A stretch of DNA of 63,671 bases, filler included, from Octopus bimaculoides (lineage: Eukaryota): NCBI RefSeq assembly GCF_001194135.2. It is 7 parts of 7 records of this genome, joined end to end, with 100 filler letters (N's around TTAATTAATTAA, not from the genome) between each part and the next. Parts side by side here need not be neighbours in the genome. Positions count along the whole stretch, not along the records: positions 39,311 to 49,524 come from NC_068988.1; positions 49,625 to 62,337 come from NC_068999.1; 5 more parts are not named here. The stretch is one strand, 5' to 3'. Below, piece by piece: positions 46,645 through 61,800 of the stretch. Under the pieces are notes generated by a model. The model was not told where the DNA came from and made no database searches. It worked only from the letters and a program-made list of their open reading frames with translations. How positions within the stretch are numbered: the stretch's first letter is position 1; each line of letters begins with the position of its first letter. The position numbers and the translations under genes were made by a program.

Positions 46645-47115
46645 ATGATCTCTCTCTCTCTTTTTTCTCTCTCTCTTTCTCTCTATATCCTCTCTCCCCT
46701 CTGTCTTTCTCTCCCCTCTGTCTCTCTCACCTCTCTGTCTTTCTCCTCTCTTTCTCCCTCTCCTCTCTCTCTCTCTCTCTTCCTCATTTTCCTCTCTAAT
46801 TCTATCTACTACATCCCTCCTATTTCACCTATCTCTCCTTCTCTCTCTGTATCCCGCCTATCTCTCTCTTTCTCTCTGTCCCCTCTCTTCTACTTCTCTC
46901 TCACTCTCTTTCGCTGTCCCAGTTACTCTTCCCCTCCTCTCTCTCTCCCTCCCTCATTTTCCTCTCTAATTCTGTTACTTCCTTTCTACTTCGCCTGTCT
47001 CTCTTTCTCCCTCTCCCCCGCTTCTCTCTTTCTCTTTCTGTCTCTGTCTCTCTATCTCTCTCTCGTTCTCTTTCTCTCTCCCCACTCTGTCCTACCTCTC
47101 CCTCACTCTCACACT
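46645..47115. repeat. Polypyrimidine (CT-rich) low-complexity tract
   Basis: About 470 bp, mostly C/T on the + strand, with CCTCATTTTCCTCTCTAATTCT present twice. Confidence 0.9.
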
Positions 47116-47599
47116 AACACATAATTTCTTTTTTGTTATTTCTTACCTTTTTATTTAAAATTTAATCTCTCTTGCCTTATTTATTGCAATATTTATTTAT
47201 TCATATATTTATTCATTTATTTATTTCGTTCCATTACGAAGGATTTTTCAACTGAGTGCCAAATCAACTACGGAGGTTCGTAGGTGATAAAAATTTTTAG
47301 ATCTATCTTTGAAGTTGCCTTTCATGGTCGCAATGGAAGTTCTTTCTCGCTATATAAATGGATGCATTTCGTTTCCTGCTTTCACATTGCAGCAGAGGTG
47401 TTAAGAGCGAAAGTGTTAACAAGCGCACGTCAATGTGGTTTCATGCAATCGCTAAATCGAAGGACAAAATGTGCTGCGGTATCTTTTTACCGTATTTGTA
47501 AGTCTTGGGTTCAAATTTCCATCTAAATCACTTCTGATGTCTGGGTTCGATAAAATAAAGCACTTGTCAAATGCTGGAACTCGATATTACCGAGTTCAC

Positions 47600-47905
47600 G
47601 ATAGTGGCACTCCGTCGGTTAAGACGACGAGGGTTCCAATTGATTCGATGATCAGTGGAAAAACCTACTCGTGAAATTAACATGAAAGTCGCTAAACACG
47701 CCACAGATATGCGTAGCTTTGACGTAATTGTCAAGAGATTCACTGTGACACAGAATAGGACAAGGCTGTCCCCTTGAATTACAGGTACAACACATTTTTG
47801 CTAGCTGAATGGACTGAATCAACGTGAAATAAAAACGCTTCACCGGGAATCGAACTCATGAACTTACGTTCGTGGGCCGAATACTCTGACCATTAAGCTG
47901 CGCAC
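47600..47905 (-). mobile_element. SINE family E-related copy
   Basis: Tail GGCACTCCGTCG.. and body CCCTTGAATTACAGGTACAAC match the reverse of 40910-41290; tRNA-like head at about 47850-47905. Confidence 0.78.
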
Positions 47906-47932
47906 TTTTTCTACAAAATATGAGCCCTTTTG

Positions 47933-49214
47933 CTAATATGAATGCAATATGAATGCAATACGAATTCTAATATGAATGCTAATATGAATGCAATGTGAAT
48001 GCTAATATGAATGTTAATATGAATGCTAATATGAATGTTAATAAGAATGCAATGTGAATGCTAATATGAATGTTAATATGAATGCAATATGAATGCAATA
48101 CGAATTCTAATATGAATGTTAATATGAATGCAATGTGAATGCTAATATGAATGTTAATATGAATGCTAATATGAATGTTAATATGAATGCAATGTGAATG
48201 CTAATATGAATGNNNNNNNNNNNNNNNNNNNNNNNNNNNNNNNNNNNNNNNNNNNNNNNNNNNNNNNNNNNNNNNNNNNNNNNNNNNNNNNNNNNNNNNN
48301 NNNNNNNNNNNNNNNNNNNNNNNNNNNNNNNNNNNNNNNNNNNNNNNNNNNNNNNNNNNNNNNNNNNNNNNNNNNNNNNNNNNNNNNNNNNNNNNNNNNN
48401 NNNNNNNNNNNNNNNNNNNNNNNNNNNNNNNNNNNNNNNNNNNNNNNNNNNNNNNNNNNNNNNNNNNNNNNNNNNNNNNNNNNNNNNNNNNNNNNNNNNN
48501 NNNNNNNNNNNNNNNNNNNNNNNNNNNNNNNNNNNNNNNNNNNNNNNNNNNNNNNNNNNNNNNNNNNNNNNNNNNNNNNNNNNNNNNNNNNNNNNNNNNN
48601 NNNNNNNNNNNNNNNNNNNNNNNNNNNNNNNNNNNNNNNNNNNNNNNNNNNNNNNNNNNNNNNNNNNNNNNNNNNNNNNNNNNNNNNNNNNNNNNNNNNN
48701 NNNNNNNNNNNNNNNNNTAATATGAATGTTAATATGAATGCAATGTGAATGCTAATATGAATGTTAATATGAATGCTAATATGAATGTTAATATGAATGC
48801 AATGTGAATGCTAATATGAATGTTAATATGAATGCAATATGAATGCAATACGAATTCTAATATGAATGTTAATATGAATGCAATGTGAATGCTAATATGA
48901 ATGTTAATATGAATGCTAATATGAATGTTAATATGAATGCAATGTGAATGCTAATATGAATGCAATATGAATGCAATATGAATGCAATATGAATGCTAAT
49001 ATGAATGTTAATATGAATGCAATGTGAATGCAATATGAATGCAATATGAATGCAATATGAATGCAATATGAATGCAATATGAATGCTAATATGAATGTTA
49101 ATATGAATGCAATGTGAATGCAATATGAATGCAATATGAATGCTAATATGAATGCAATATGAATGCAATATGAATGCTAATATGAATGCTAATATGAATG
49201 CAATATGAATGCAA
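47933..49214. repeat. 11/12-bp minisatellite with higher-order structure, interrupted by a gap
   Basis: Units AATATGAATGC, AATATGAATGCT, AATATGAATGTT, AATGTGAATGCT and AATACGAATTCT occur in recurring order. Confidence 0.95.
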
Positions 49215-49469
49215 TTACTATGCTTTACAAGAGCGAAAAAATAACGGGCAATAGTTTTAGTATGTTTAATTTTCAAAATTTCCTATCTGAGATTAAATCC
49301 CACCAAAATCAGAATCTTTGCGTCTGTACGGTATCCGACCAGCGCTTACAATCTGCAATAGTGATTTATTTCACCGTGGGCTCCATGTGTTTGTACCTAA
49401 CCATTTCTACTGTCTTCCATGTGGATGGGATTGGATTCTTAAGGGATCTTTAGAACTAATTGACACACA

Positions 49470-49524
<55 letters not shown>

Positions 49525-49624
49525 NNNNNNNNNNNNNNNNNNNNNNNNNNNNNNNNNNNNNNNNNNNNTTAATTAATTAANNNNNNNNNNNNNNNNNNNN
49601 NNNNNNNNNNNNNNNNNNNNNNNN

Positions 49625-49660
<36 letters not shown>

Positions 49661-49664
49661 GTTA

Positions 49665-49717
<53 letters not shown>

Positions 49718-49721
49718 GTTA

Positions 49722-49775
<54 letters not shown>
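49625..49775. repeat. (ATT)n microsatellite with GTT interruptions
   Basis: Direct inspection. Confidence 0.97.
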
Positions 49776-50031
49776 GTATTATTGACTATCGGAAGGCATA
49801 GGATAACGATATGGAAATGTATGGAGTAGCAGAAAATATGAGAAGCCTTACATGGAATAGCATGAAATGACGGGGAACGCAACTGAGAGCAGGGAATCAA
49901 GTATTAGAAGTGAAATTGAAGAGAGGAATATTCCAGGTCGACAGTGTATCCCCACTGATTTTCTTGCTGAGAATTATCCCATTGAATGAAATACTACAGA
50001 AAACAAAGTTGGGGTATGATTTGGGAAGTGG
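49776..50031 (+). mobile_element. R4/Dong-like RT fragment, a further subfamily
   Basis: IDYRKA, MEMYGVAEN, VKLKRGIFQ(G)DSVSPLIF and IIPLNEILQKTKLGY are homologous to 16750-17050. Confidence 0.78.
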
Positions 50032-52531
50032 TAAGTGTTAAGTGAACCACACGCCATTTATATAAATTCCGTTTACAATTCCGGAGGGAGTTGTTTGGTT
50101 ATTTACTATGCTTATACTGTGCATAATATTTATCAAAACATTTATGGCGATTATGCGTTTAGACGAAGTGTCAAGCTTCAAATGATAAAGAGTAATCCCA
50201 TGCTATATTGTGGACTCCTCAGTGTATATCGGGTTTCTGCGTCCGATAGGTATATATATTTTTTACGCCGATAAATTAATAAATTGATAAATAAAATAGA
50301 CTACTGCACTGTATAAAACATTAATTAAAATATACTACAAAAATACGTAGTGTACTGTAGATGAGTAAAGAAAGAATCACATATACTCTTTGGAAAACAA
50401 AACTCAGGAGGCGAGTGTGCTTTGCAGTTAAAATAAAATAAATATATACAACTATACAAATGGTAAAACATATAAACAGTACAGTATTGTTAGTAGTTCG
50501 CGGATTTTGACCTATCGTGAGAAGTTTTGGAACGTTACACACACGATAGTTGAGGGATTACTGTAGTTTAAATTGCTGTATGTGCATGCAACTGGGAGAA
50601 TGGTTTCCCCTATGGTTTTAAATATCCAGTGCTAATTGAAGAGACGTTACATTTAAGAAGACCATAAAACTGACTTGCCTCAATCTATGCATTCATTTTG
50701 AATTCCCACACCTTTCATATAACATCACATGTTCTCATCTAATTTAGTAGCATTGTAAATAGATCGCTTTCTTAATCCAGAAATTAAAAACATATTTATC
50801 CACTAAATGTGTTGTGCATCATTCCTTCTCGTTGATTGACGTTTTAATATACCGGAGAAGCACTATATACGAGCAGAGAATCAAATAAATTATTGTGAAA
50901 TACTCTTGAGTGAAGAACATATCTATTCCACCAGGGGAAGTGACATAACGTATCTTATAGTTATGAAACAACACGTCTTGAGAAGAATGAAACGGAGGGT
51001 ATATTTTTTCGATAAGTACATACTCAGGCTTTATGAGAAATTACGATTTGGTACATTATGTTGTAAAACTCTTCATCTAGGAGATCTTGATAGATTGATG
51101 GCATCCTACACTTAATTAAAAATGTTAAATTTTATCATAGATCTACTAGCATCTTATTAAAGTTAATTGCGTTTCTAGTAATATTTATGAACACACCAAG
51201 CACATTACAAAAGCCAACGGAAACGTATGTATAAGTTCATAACCCGCAAACAATAACTTACTAATCAATAATATAATTAATTATCTGAAACGGAAACCAT
51301 AGTACCTATTAGTTAATCAACGATGACACAAAAGTCCTAACTACGAAATTCAACACAGAAGATAGAGAAGAACATTTGAACCTGAAAATCTATTTTGTAA
51401 GCATGATGGGCCATAAATAGAATTCCTACAAAAGTCTAGCTGACGAATAATACATCTGATGATAAGCAAAACAATCATAAAATCTTCACTAGATAATACA
51501 AGAGCAACCTATCAGCACTTCCAAAAGCCTCACACAATGGAAATGTTGCAGCGCAAATATTGAATGATGCCAGAAAGTTAACGATAAAACCAAATACAAA
51601 TTCATGCAGTTCAACATCGTAGAAACGTATGGCTTTATCTTCAAACATCCCCTCTCAAAGGTATTCGAGTTTAGTACAACATATTGAAGTGTTTCTAAGA
51701 TCGAGCAGTCATTATAATGAGCGTTAGGAAATCGTTTATTTGATAATATTTGGTGGCTGATAAAGCATGGTGATGAACTATTTGCTATCAACATGAAGAG
51801 GCAAAGAGACAGATATGGCGGCCCTCTTTCGCCTCTAGAGATTACATATCATTGACAAAGGAAGTAACATGTGTCAACTTAGCGTTATATATGGACGACA
51901 GTGTAGGATTAGTACATAGCAATTATGCTCTCGACAAGGATATGTGAAGAAAATATCCGGGGAAATAATACTGGAACTCGAAACTTCATGGTTATGTTAA
52001 AAATATGAATAACACATATTCAAGACATAACACAATCTACAAAATATATTTATAGAAATTTACAAATATACTTTTAGGAAGTTGCAACATCATGGACCAA
52101 GTCTTTGCGTCCAAGACGAGTAGAAATCACTTACATTGTAATATACATGTAGCATATATCAACAAGATACGTTGAATACATCTAATTATAAAAAAAGTTA
52201 TGTCTGAAAGTACTGTCATAGCGTTATTTATATTTATGGAACGCAAATTCTTGCTAAGTTCCCGGCCAAGCGAAGGGGAAAAATTCTAAATAAATCCCTA
52301 AAAGATGCGTCCTCTAATTTGTGCATTCATTCTGAAGTCCAGCATAGTCTCACGTAATCATGAAGAGTCTCATCCTAGATGTAAGGGCTTACCAGTTTTA
52401 GTAGTATTTCTAAACGACCCGCTTGGAGCTTGGTGGAACTACTTCCACGTGAAATCATTTCCATGTTTGATAACCCACAAATAGAAAGGTTTTTTTTTTG
52501 TGTGTGTGTGTGTGTGTGTGTNNNNNNNNNN

Positions 52532-52578
<47 letters not shown>

Positions 52579-55500
52579 CGTGTGCGTGTGCGTGTGCGTG
52601 TGCGCGCGCGTTATTGTGTGGCTAATTGATGTCAACGAAATGGGCAATGAAACTGAGAAAAAAATGGTGATTTCCAGTAAAGCGAGATAACCCATTGTCT
52701 CAAAATGCATAACAAAAATTCGTCTGCCCTTTCGTTCCCCACATAAAAAAAAAAATAAGTTAGCGGCACTGAAATGAGATATTAAAAAAAATACTAAAAA
52801 TGACATTCCAATTAACTGAGATATAAATAAGTTTTCCATTGTTCTACATTACATATTTGTTGTGAGTTATTAATCAAATGTCATAAAGAGGAATTGGATG
52901 AAACATAGAATTATTATTATTTCTTACTGTCCAGTTGTGACTGTCCAAGGCATCCGAATAGTTGTGTCAATATTGTCATAGTCTGGCCATTAGGAGAGTT
53001 GTGTCAATATTCTCATATTCTGGCCATTAGAAAGATTACTAGGTTAACAAATTATCTTTGAAATCACTGTATATGTTCATTATATATGTTAGAGCATTCT
53101 TATTACAAAAAGAAATATGATTTATATTGCATCGATTCAAATACAATAAAGTATATCTTACAAATATCCTTCGTATCGTATTTCCTGTAATATCAAACTT
53201 CTCGTGAAATCTCTGACACTATTTTGCCATTTTCTCAGTTTGAAATGTATCTGATTACTTCTCATTTATACAGTCAAGTGGAACATTTCTGGTTTGAAAG
53301 GCACTTAAGTATGCATTCCCTTTCCTTGAAATCCTATATTAAATTACAGTCTATTGTAACCCATTTCCGTTAATATTTTCCCAGTAGATATTTCTGCAAA
53401 CCTACGCGCATTTATATATATATATATNNNNNNNNNNNNNNNNNNNNNNNNNNNNNNNNNNNNNNNNNNNNNNNNNNNNNNNNNNNNNNNNNNNNNNNNN
53501 NNNNNNNNNNNNNNNNNNNNNNNNNNNNNNNNNNNNNNNNNNNNNNNNNNNNNNNNNNNNNNNNNNNNNNNNNNNNNNNNNNNNNNNNNNNNNNNNNNNN
53601 NNNNNNNNNNNNNNNNNNNNNNNNNNNNNNNNNNNNNNNNNNNNNNNNNNNNNNNNNNNNNNNNNNNNNNNNNNNNNNNNNNNNNNNNNNNNNNNNNNNN
53701 NNNNNNNNNNNNNNNNNNNNNNNNNNNNNNNNNNNNNNNNNNNNNNNNNNNNNNNNNNNNNNNNNNNNNNNNNNNNNNNNNNNNATTTATATACATATAT
53801 AGCTTTGTTAATGGTGGAAACTGAGATGTCAGTTGCTGTGGAACAAAGGTATATACTCCCTGTTGAGTTCATTTCAATCATCGAACGATATATATTTTAT
53901 CAGTCCCGAAAATTGAAAACCAAAGTTGATCACGGTGAACATCGAACTTCATAAAGACGGAAGTAATGCTGCTATGCATTTTCTCCGGCGTGCAAACGAT
54001 TCCTCCATCTCACCGATTTAAGAATAAGCGAAGTAATAATTCCAATAATACACTTCCGAAATAATCACATTGCTGTTATGCTATTTCCCATCTTAATACT
54101 TTTCCGTCTCCACAGCCCCGTCAACGTCATCATTGTCATCATCGTCTTCGACGTCGCCATTGTCACCGCTGCCACCATCGCTTACATCATTGTCATTATT
54201 ATTACTCTCGTTATCTCCATCATAATCATCATTTATTTCATAAGAATTATCTTCATCAATATCATCATTAACTTTTATCTCTAAGATCTCAAAACAATTA
54301 AGAATCAGAAATAACACACATAAAAATATTAAAATAATTATGCGAAATTATATTATTGTGCGGTTAATATATTTCCCAAATCTCCAAATTTATATATGGA
54401 AACAGACCACTAGAAATTGTCAGAATGTGAATTATGTAATTGAAGAAATAAAAGAAACATAATACGAACACAAACTAAACAAAGTTTGAATATTATTTTA
54501 CAGATGTTTTGGATAGGACTTGTGTTGGTTTTAAATCCGATGTGATTAATGTAATTCCGCTTGAAGTATGTTAGTAGTTACCATGTTGACTTTTCAAAAA
54601 TGTAAAGAAACGTTTCAGCATAAACTCATCCGAACATCATCTGTTTCCAATATCATCTAGATAATTGAGAATGGATGTAAGTTTTCATTATGAAACAACT
54701 TTATAATATATTTACCAAAGGTAAGAGGCACTTAATTTCGTAATAAACTTTGTCAATCAAAGAAATATTATGAAAGGGATTGAATTATACAACGAAGATA
54801 TGTGAATATTGTTTTATTATCAGAAGCTATATGAATGCTGTTTTTCAGCAGAATCTTTATAGTTTACAAAAGGTGTAATCACACATGCAAAGAAGCCATT
54901 AATTATTGTAAACAAACGAATGCTTTGCTGAAGCACATCTGATAAAGTGATAGCACTAATTGATATTATTAATGTTAACATATATGTATACCCAAGGCAA
55001 CGACAATACTTCTACGATGCAAATAGACATGCTAGAAATTGCAGCTATATTTCAAATATCTCACTATAATTTTTAAAATAATGGAAAATATATTTACTTA
55101 ATCCTATCCTACCCGCATGTTTAATATACAAGATTGTTGAGGCTTAAATTCTTTTTGTCGTAGATATTCTGGAAATGGGTTTCGTTGTTCAGATCATGAA
55201 ATATGTATACTCATAGGAAATATAACTTCCATGGTGTAATGCCGCACATATTTGTAATATTGGACAAAGTTTGGGGATACTCAGCACGTGTTTGCTTTCC
55301 TGTAATGCATGCAGGATAACTAGGAATATCTAAAAAGTTCATCTATATTTTTTCTTTTTTTGCACGTGAGGTGAAACAAATCTAATTTCAAGCCTTTGTA
55401 TCACATCTAAGATCGGTAAGGATTTTTTAACCAACGTTATTCATGGACAATTAACAGCCAGCATTTACAAGAATGGCAGAATAGCGGTTGGCTGATAGAC

Positions 55501-58500
55501 TGAGGTTCATCATTCTGAGAAGAGAGAAAAAAATATTCGTGTTTTATATGGAATTCGAAAGAACAAGTGACGGGAAGAGTAGGGAGTGAAAGTTGGAGAT
55601 GTTTAAGTAAAGTGTTCATAAATGAACAAACCTTATTAACATCCGAAAACTATCAAACTTAGAGATAGGCATATCATACACGTTTGTAAGACGCTTTAAT
55701 GACACACACACACACAAACACACACACACGCGCACATACGCAAACACACACACACACACAAAAGCACGCACGGCAGGCTCAGACAAAGATATAGAGATAC
55801 TCACACACATATAAGTACACACACATACACACGTACAGACTTTACAAATTATCATTGCAATTTCCACAATTTATTGCATCTACGACAGTTGAGATTCATC
55901 AATCATTTTACGTCCAACCATTTGAGCTGACATGGAATTGTCTCCATGCTTTTGATAAAACATTGATTACGTTTTCCTGTAAATGTGGTTTAGCCTTGCA
56001 AAATTTTTCTGAAGTTTTGAATTGTAAAGGTACACCCGGTATATATACTAATATATTTGCAAGAACTTTATGTATGTATGCATCTGTCATCTGTATGTAG
56101 TCTTTTATTGTTTCTTTTCTGTTCTTGTCGACGTGTATGTATGGAGGTAGGAGTTATCTTTAACACAACGGTTATAGCTGGATATTCTCAATAGTGCACA
56201 AACTGTGAAGTTACCGCCAGCATTTTCCAGCACGTCATATTCTAGATGTTTAAGAATGATATGAAACTGCACCAATCATGCATGGGGATAGAAATGAATC
56301 TCAGATTTTAAGGAAAAAGCCAGTAGCATTTTATATTGATTTGTCCCTATTCCCATTCATAGATATACTGCTAGCAACTCAACACTTCACTGCCCAAATA
56401 TTCCTACAAACGAAACTACACAAACATATATTTAATTTCCATTTTAAGAAACTAGACAATCACCACTCATTATTTATAGAATATTATTTTAAGTTCAGTA
56501 CAATTCGTTCTAGATACGACTGAATATATGCTCACAGTCATTCACTCTAATCATTTAAAACAAACTGTGTACTATATATGCTTAACGCATATGCTATAAT
56601 TTAATATATATGCTATACTTTAATGTATAGTTCTACATACAAGAATCAGAATTGTACTCTTTAAATAACGAATGTGGTCTGGCCATTGAGAAAACTTAGT
56701 GATTATTATATGATGCACTGTATCACTCACCATCTGGATTAGGGTCTCGATACACTTGTCACTAATATGGTAGTTATCGACATTCTCCCTTTCATCTTCA
56801 TGTCGCTGTTCATAAATAATTTATAATTTAGTCCATTATATCGACTTCAAAACGCCTCTTCAAAAAGTTGACCCTGACGCTAGTCAAAATAAATCACTCG
56901 TATATCCATCCAACCAATGCGTTATGAAATACAACTTTGTATACAATAGACATCATTAAGGGATCTGGCTAATCATGTCACTACAGGTAGTTTATAGATA
57001 AAGGAATTCTGCTGATTATTGCAAACATTCTCGCGCAGCATGTTCAAAGAAGCCAATAAGATTTCTGCAATTCAGGTGAAAGATACATGCGCTATTATGA
57101 AAAGCTGCAAAGATATCTAAATGATCAGTATACATCAAAGAATGAACACAGAAGAATTCGGGCAGTCGCATTACCTCAATAGACATACAAAATTTGTTAG
57201 AGAGACATTAGAGAAATGAGTGCTTAATACACACATAAAACAAGTATCCATATCCACACGCACGTAGATACACAAAAATAAACACACACATATATACACA
57301 CACGCAAACACATAACAAATTAATAATGTACTATTATATTTGCATGAATAGATATCTGTATCCGTATCAATATATGTGTGTATGTCTGACTTAATGTGTA
57401 CATGTATGTATTGATAAACGTACGCGATAGGCATGGAGACATGTGGAAATATTGGAAGATTTTCACAGACAGATAGTCAAGCTGCGACAGACGGATATAA
57501 GTACATCTGCTTTATATAAATGCAAATTAATGCATAAAAAACGTCAATTTAAATATTAATAAAATTGTAATACATGAAATTGTAATTCAGATGATTAGAT
57601 AGTTGACAGTTAGAAAGAGAGGGAGAAAGAGACAGAGAGACATACAGACAGAGAGAGTACTTGTCATAGGAATAGATATAAACAAACATCCATAGATACA
57701 TGGAATATTAAAAACATAAAAGATACAAATATAAAGACATGCAAATTATGAAGAGAAATTTCAACATGATAAGAAAAGTCACAACACAGAAAAATGTCTG
57801 TGTACATAGTTGCCACAATTATGCAAACCAACTTTCACTACATCATCAATAAATATGAATGCATACTCAGTGAAATATAGCTATCCAATTATTTTCTCCT
57901 TGAAATTGATAACGATATTTCTAACTCGCTTGCATTTCGTGCATACCTAATTAGATATATCGATTCATACAGATTCAAGGCATTCCAGAAAACGCGATTT
58001 GCTTTGTATATGCGTAATATTGACATGCTACAAATAAGAGAGGATGGTACAAAATTAAAAACCTATCCCGTATGGATGCATGTAAATATATTTGATTATC
58101 ACAAAATATAAATTTCACTTTGATCTTTATGCTCCTACATTTATGTATGCATATATATANNNNNNNNNNATATATATATATATATGGACACACACACACA
58201 TTCGCACACACATACAGATAGACAGGCAGACAGACAGATACATATATGCGAACATAAATACATATATTAATTTATACACATATATATCTATACGCATATG
58301 TGTGTATAATTATGTATGCACATATTAGCGTACATGGAGAACAGCTTCATTTTAAAACAGATATTGAGATCACGACAATTTTCTAATTTGATCTTTTCCT
58401 AAAGATTTTTGTATCTGTGTATCTTTGAAAGGATAAGTTCCACACTGTAACTTTTGTCGTAATGTTCTTAGGTTATTTCAAATTCGTCCTCTGAGATTAA

Positions 58501-58764
58501 GTCATGTCTGGCTTTGGTGCGCCCCCTTTGATAGTCGACAACGTATATTTGTACTGATTTTCCCCGTTCCGCTTCATTTGCTCGTAGAGTTTTCGTGCTA
58601 TGCGTCATCAGATTTTTAGCTTCGGCTGTGTATGCTATAGCTTGTTTGGAGTGTTGTGATATTACTATGGATTCGATAATCAGATTTCTATTTCTGTAGG
58701 GAATTCTACAAATATCAACTTATCTCTTGTTAATGGTTTCCTATCTAGCTTCATGTTGTAGATA

Positions 58765-58771
58765 GATAGAT

Positions 58772-58840
<69 letters not shown>
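58765..58840. repeat. (GATA)n microsatellite
   Basis: Direct inspection. Confidence 0.97.
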
Positions 58841-61800
58841 TCATACAATATTTAGGTACACGCCCATAGCGATTTTACTGCAGCATTGTTCTCGACCAAA
58901 TATCTCTTATGGAATTTTCTTATAAAAAAAAAAATTCATAAATTGGAAGCAGACGGAAGTCGAAATCGTCCTAGCGGAGACTAATGAGATCGTTAGATGG
59001 GTATTACGCTTGACTTCCTTTTTTGCATGTTCTCACAACCATGTGCATGGTGTGGCGAAAAATGTCGTCACCGATATAGGAAAAAAGTGAATGAATATTC
59101 AATGGTATTAAATAAATATGGGTTCTATTAAAAAGGAACAGTATTAGATTAGTTATGTTGTTTTATCATACTTAATGTAGTTACACTGCAAAACAGATTT
59201 ACTGCAATATTCGTCCGATAAAAATATTTCTTACGCATCTGTTGTGTTAAAAATGCATATATGAGTTGGGATGGATTCCTAACATACTCTTGACTGTAAG
59301 TGTATGCGACTTCCAAAACTTCCAAAACTTAAGAAAGTAGAGATTCACATGTAGCATTTTACCCATCAACTACTAGAGAGATGTGTACCTGCCTATCTGT
59401 GTGTATATGTGCGTTTCTATCCGTGTGTGCACGTGGATATGTGTCATCCTATTATATTGCTTGCGAATGTTATTTATATCAACGCAATATATAGTTGTTG
59501 CTCTTTATAGCAATCTAATCAGCATTAATATTCAAGATGTAGAAGTACTTTGACAATTATTTGAACATAAACATTGCCATCACTCGAGAGTCTCATTACT
59601 CGAGTACATGACTATAACAATATTAAAAATGAAATACTATTCGTTTTATAGAATCAAGTTTAAAACAAGCTTTCCTTTTAACCATGCTTTCTTGATTAAC
59701 CTTTTCGATATTTCTGTTAAATATAGTTACTTTTTTTCTTTATATTTTCAGATGAAATGAACGTTAAAAAGCAAGAGAATGTTATTTAATATGTTCCTAC
59801 AAAGAAGGGTTTTAGTGATAAAGCGTATCGGAAATATACATAACCTTCCAATAACATACAGCTACAATTAGGTATCCGCGTGAAAGCGTATCACAATCAA
59901 GAGAATCACGCCATTTGCATTATTATCATAGATTCTTTTATCGAATAAGAAATTACAAGATCGATATGAAATTGTATTTCTTGTACATCTGCAATTAATT
60001 ACTTTGAACAAGTAAACCTGGTTGAAATTACGTAGACACTCTGTAATGTAAATTATATTAGCTAGCAAACGTATAAATATCAAAGCTTTACTACTATTCG
60101 GCAGATCAAGATAAATCTATTTAGATATTTAGCTAACAAGTTTTCTGAATTCAGTTCATGCTTGTAAAGAATCAGTCAACTAGTGACTCATGCCGCTATA
60201 CAACACTAAACCCGCATAAGATGTTTTCAATCCTTTTATCATTACATTAAACTTATTTCTTTTGTACTTATTTGTTTTCAGTTATAATATTTCCCTCTTT
60301 CAAGCATTCCCTTTAGTTATAATTAGATAATTGTATTTCTCAACAAAGGATATACCATTGGTTGATCCAGTATGCATTGAATGCTATACAACAAAAACAA
60401 AAAAAACAAACTATATATCCTTTTTCTCCAAGAATGAACTGAACAATTGCACCAAATTTTAATCTTTAACCTCAAAGACTCCCTGTCAGAGAATGTTATT
60501 TGATCGATGTTAAATGCCATCTACATATTCATGAGAGAAATGTTTAAAGAACTAGTGAAGTAACTGTAGACCGGCATTAACAAATTCTATAAAACTATAG
60601 AATAAATTAACTTTAAGTAGCATTATGTTTATTTGTGGAGCTACTAATATTGTACCACAGCAGCGAGAGAATTTTGCATAATGTTTCTATCTATAGATGT
60701 TGAAATAATTATGTTTCATGAATGTGCCCTGAGTCACAATGAAAATAGATTTAATTCCTTCATAATCCAGCTGGAATGGATAATAGAAATACGAAAATAA
60801 AATTATGATTCAATATCTCATCTCTACTGTTTGCATTGCTTTAGCTTCTTCATCTGTGTTCTTCTGTCTTCTGCTTCACATGTAAATTAATAAATTTCAG
60901 GCGAATATAGATAGGTTTATTTTAAAAGCAGTAAATTCAATCGAGTGAACTAAATATAAAAGATTCATAAAATTACGTAAAATAAATTTTCTTCGGAAAA
61001 ATCTAACAAATAGCAATTTGAAATTTAAAGCATATATAAATTTCATTTCGTAATCATTATGAACGTTCCATAAAAAAGACTTCAAAGAACGAGCGAGAAT
61101 GTTTTATGATTCATTTAATATCCTATCCTAATATCATACATGTTCATTTCTAAGGTTCCATTTCATGTAGAAATACATAAAAAAGCACATTAAGCTCTTT
61201 CGCAGCATTATATAAAAACGTGCGTGCTATTATGTCCACAGTTATCCATTCCGACATTTAAAAAACATGTGAATACTATGGTTATATACGTATCAAAGGA
61301 ATGAAAATTGAGTCTAGGTGGTACTACAGACATGTTTTATATATTATATTATGTGTTTTGAAATGTTCGTAGAATGAGAAAAAAAAAGGTTTAAAGAGAA
61401 CGGATTATTGTTATGTTGGTGATCTTGTAAGCAACGGGTTTATAAAGGTCATTATCGCATCTAAGGGAAAATTGTTAGATATGTGCCCCGAAAGGATTGA
61501 TCAGCATGTCACCAGGTCGAACATACGTCGTTTGGGAACGATGCATAAAAATTAATATCAGTTTCATCCTACCGTTTATTATTGGAAACAGTAGCTGCAA
61601 GGAAATGTATATGTTACGCTGTATTCTAAAAAAAAATATCTTGCCGAGATATTTAGTCACTGAACATATTTCGGAAACGAAACAAAAACTAAGAAACGAG
61701 AGAGGTTGGTTTATCAGAAACCGGAGTAAAGTATGAGGATTAAGGGATCAATATCAGAGTATATATTAAGGAAACAGTATTAGTGTAAAATACGATTCAT

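Noticed and set aside
47933-49214. CRISPR-like array
   Set aside because: Contiguous tandem units with no unique spacers, eukaryotic context and no cas genes.
52960-53030. About 37-bp direct duplication
   Set aside because: Ordinary local tandem duplication with no further structure.
55164-55230. Peptides resembling DEAD-box ILEMGF..QI or EGF-like YSGNGFRC after a good acceptor
   Set aside because: Both similarities are short, lie in different frames of the same bases and hit stops quickly; no neighbouring exons support either.
58480-58740. About 100-codon minus-strand frame with one internal stop
   Set aside because: No recognisable motif or splice context; cannot be distinguished from chance.
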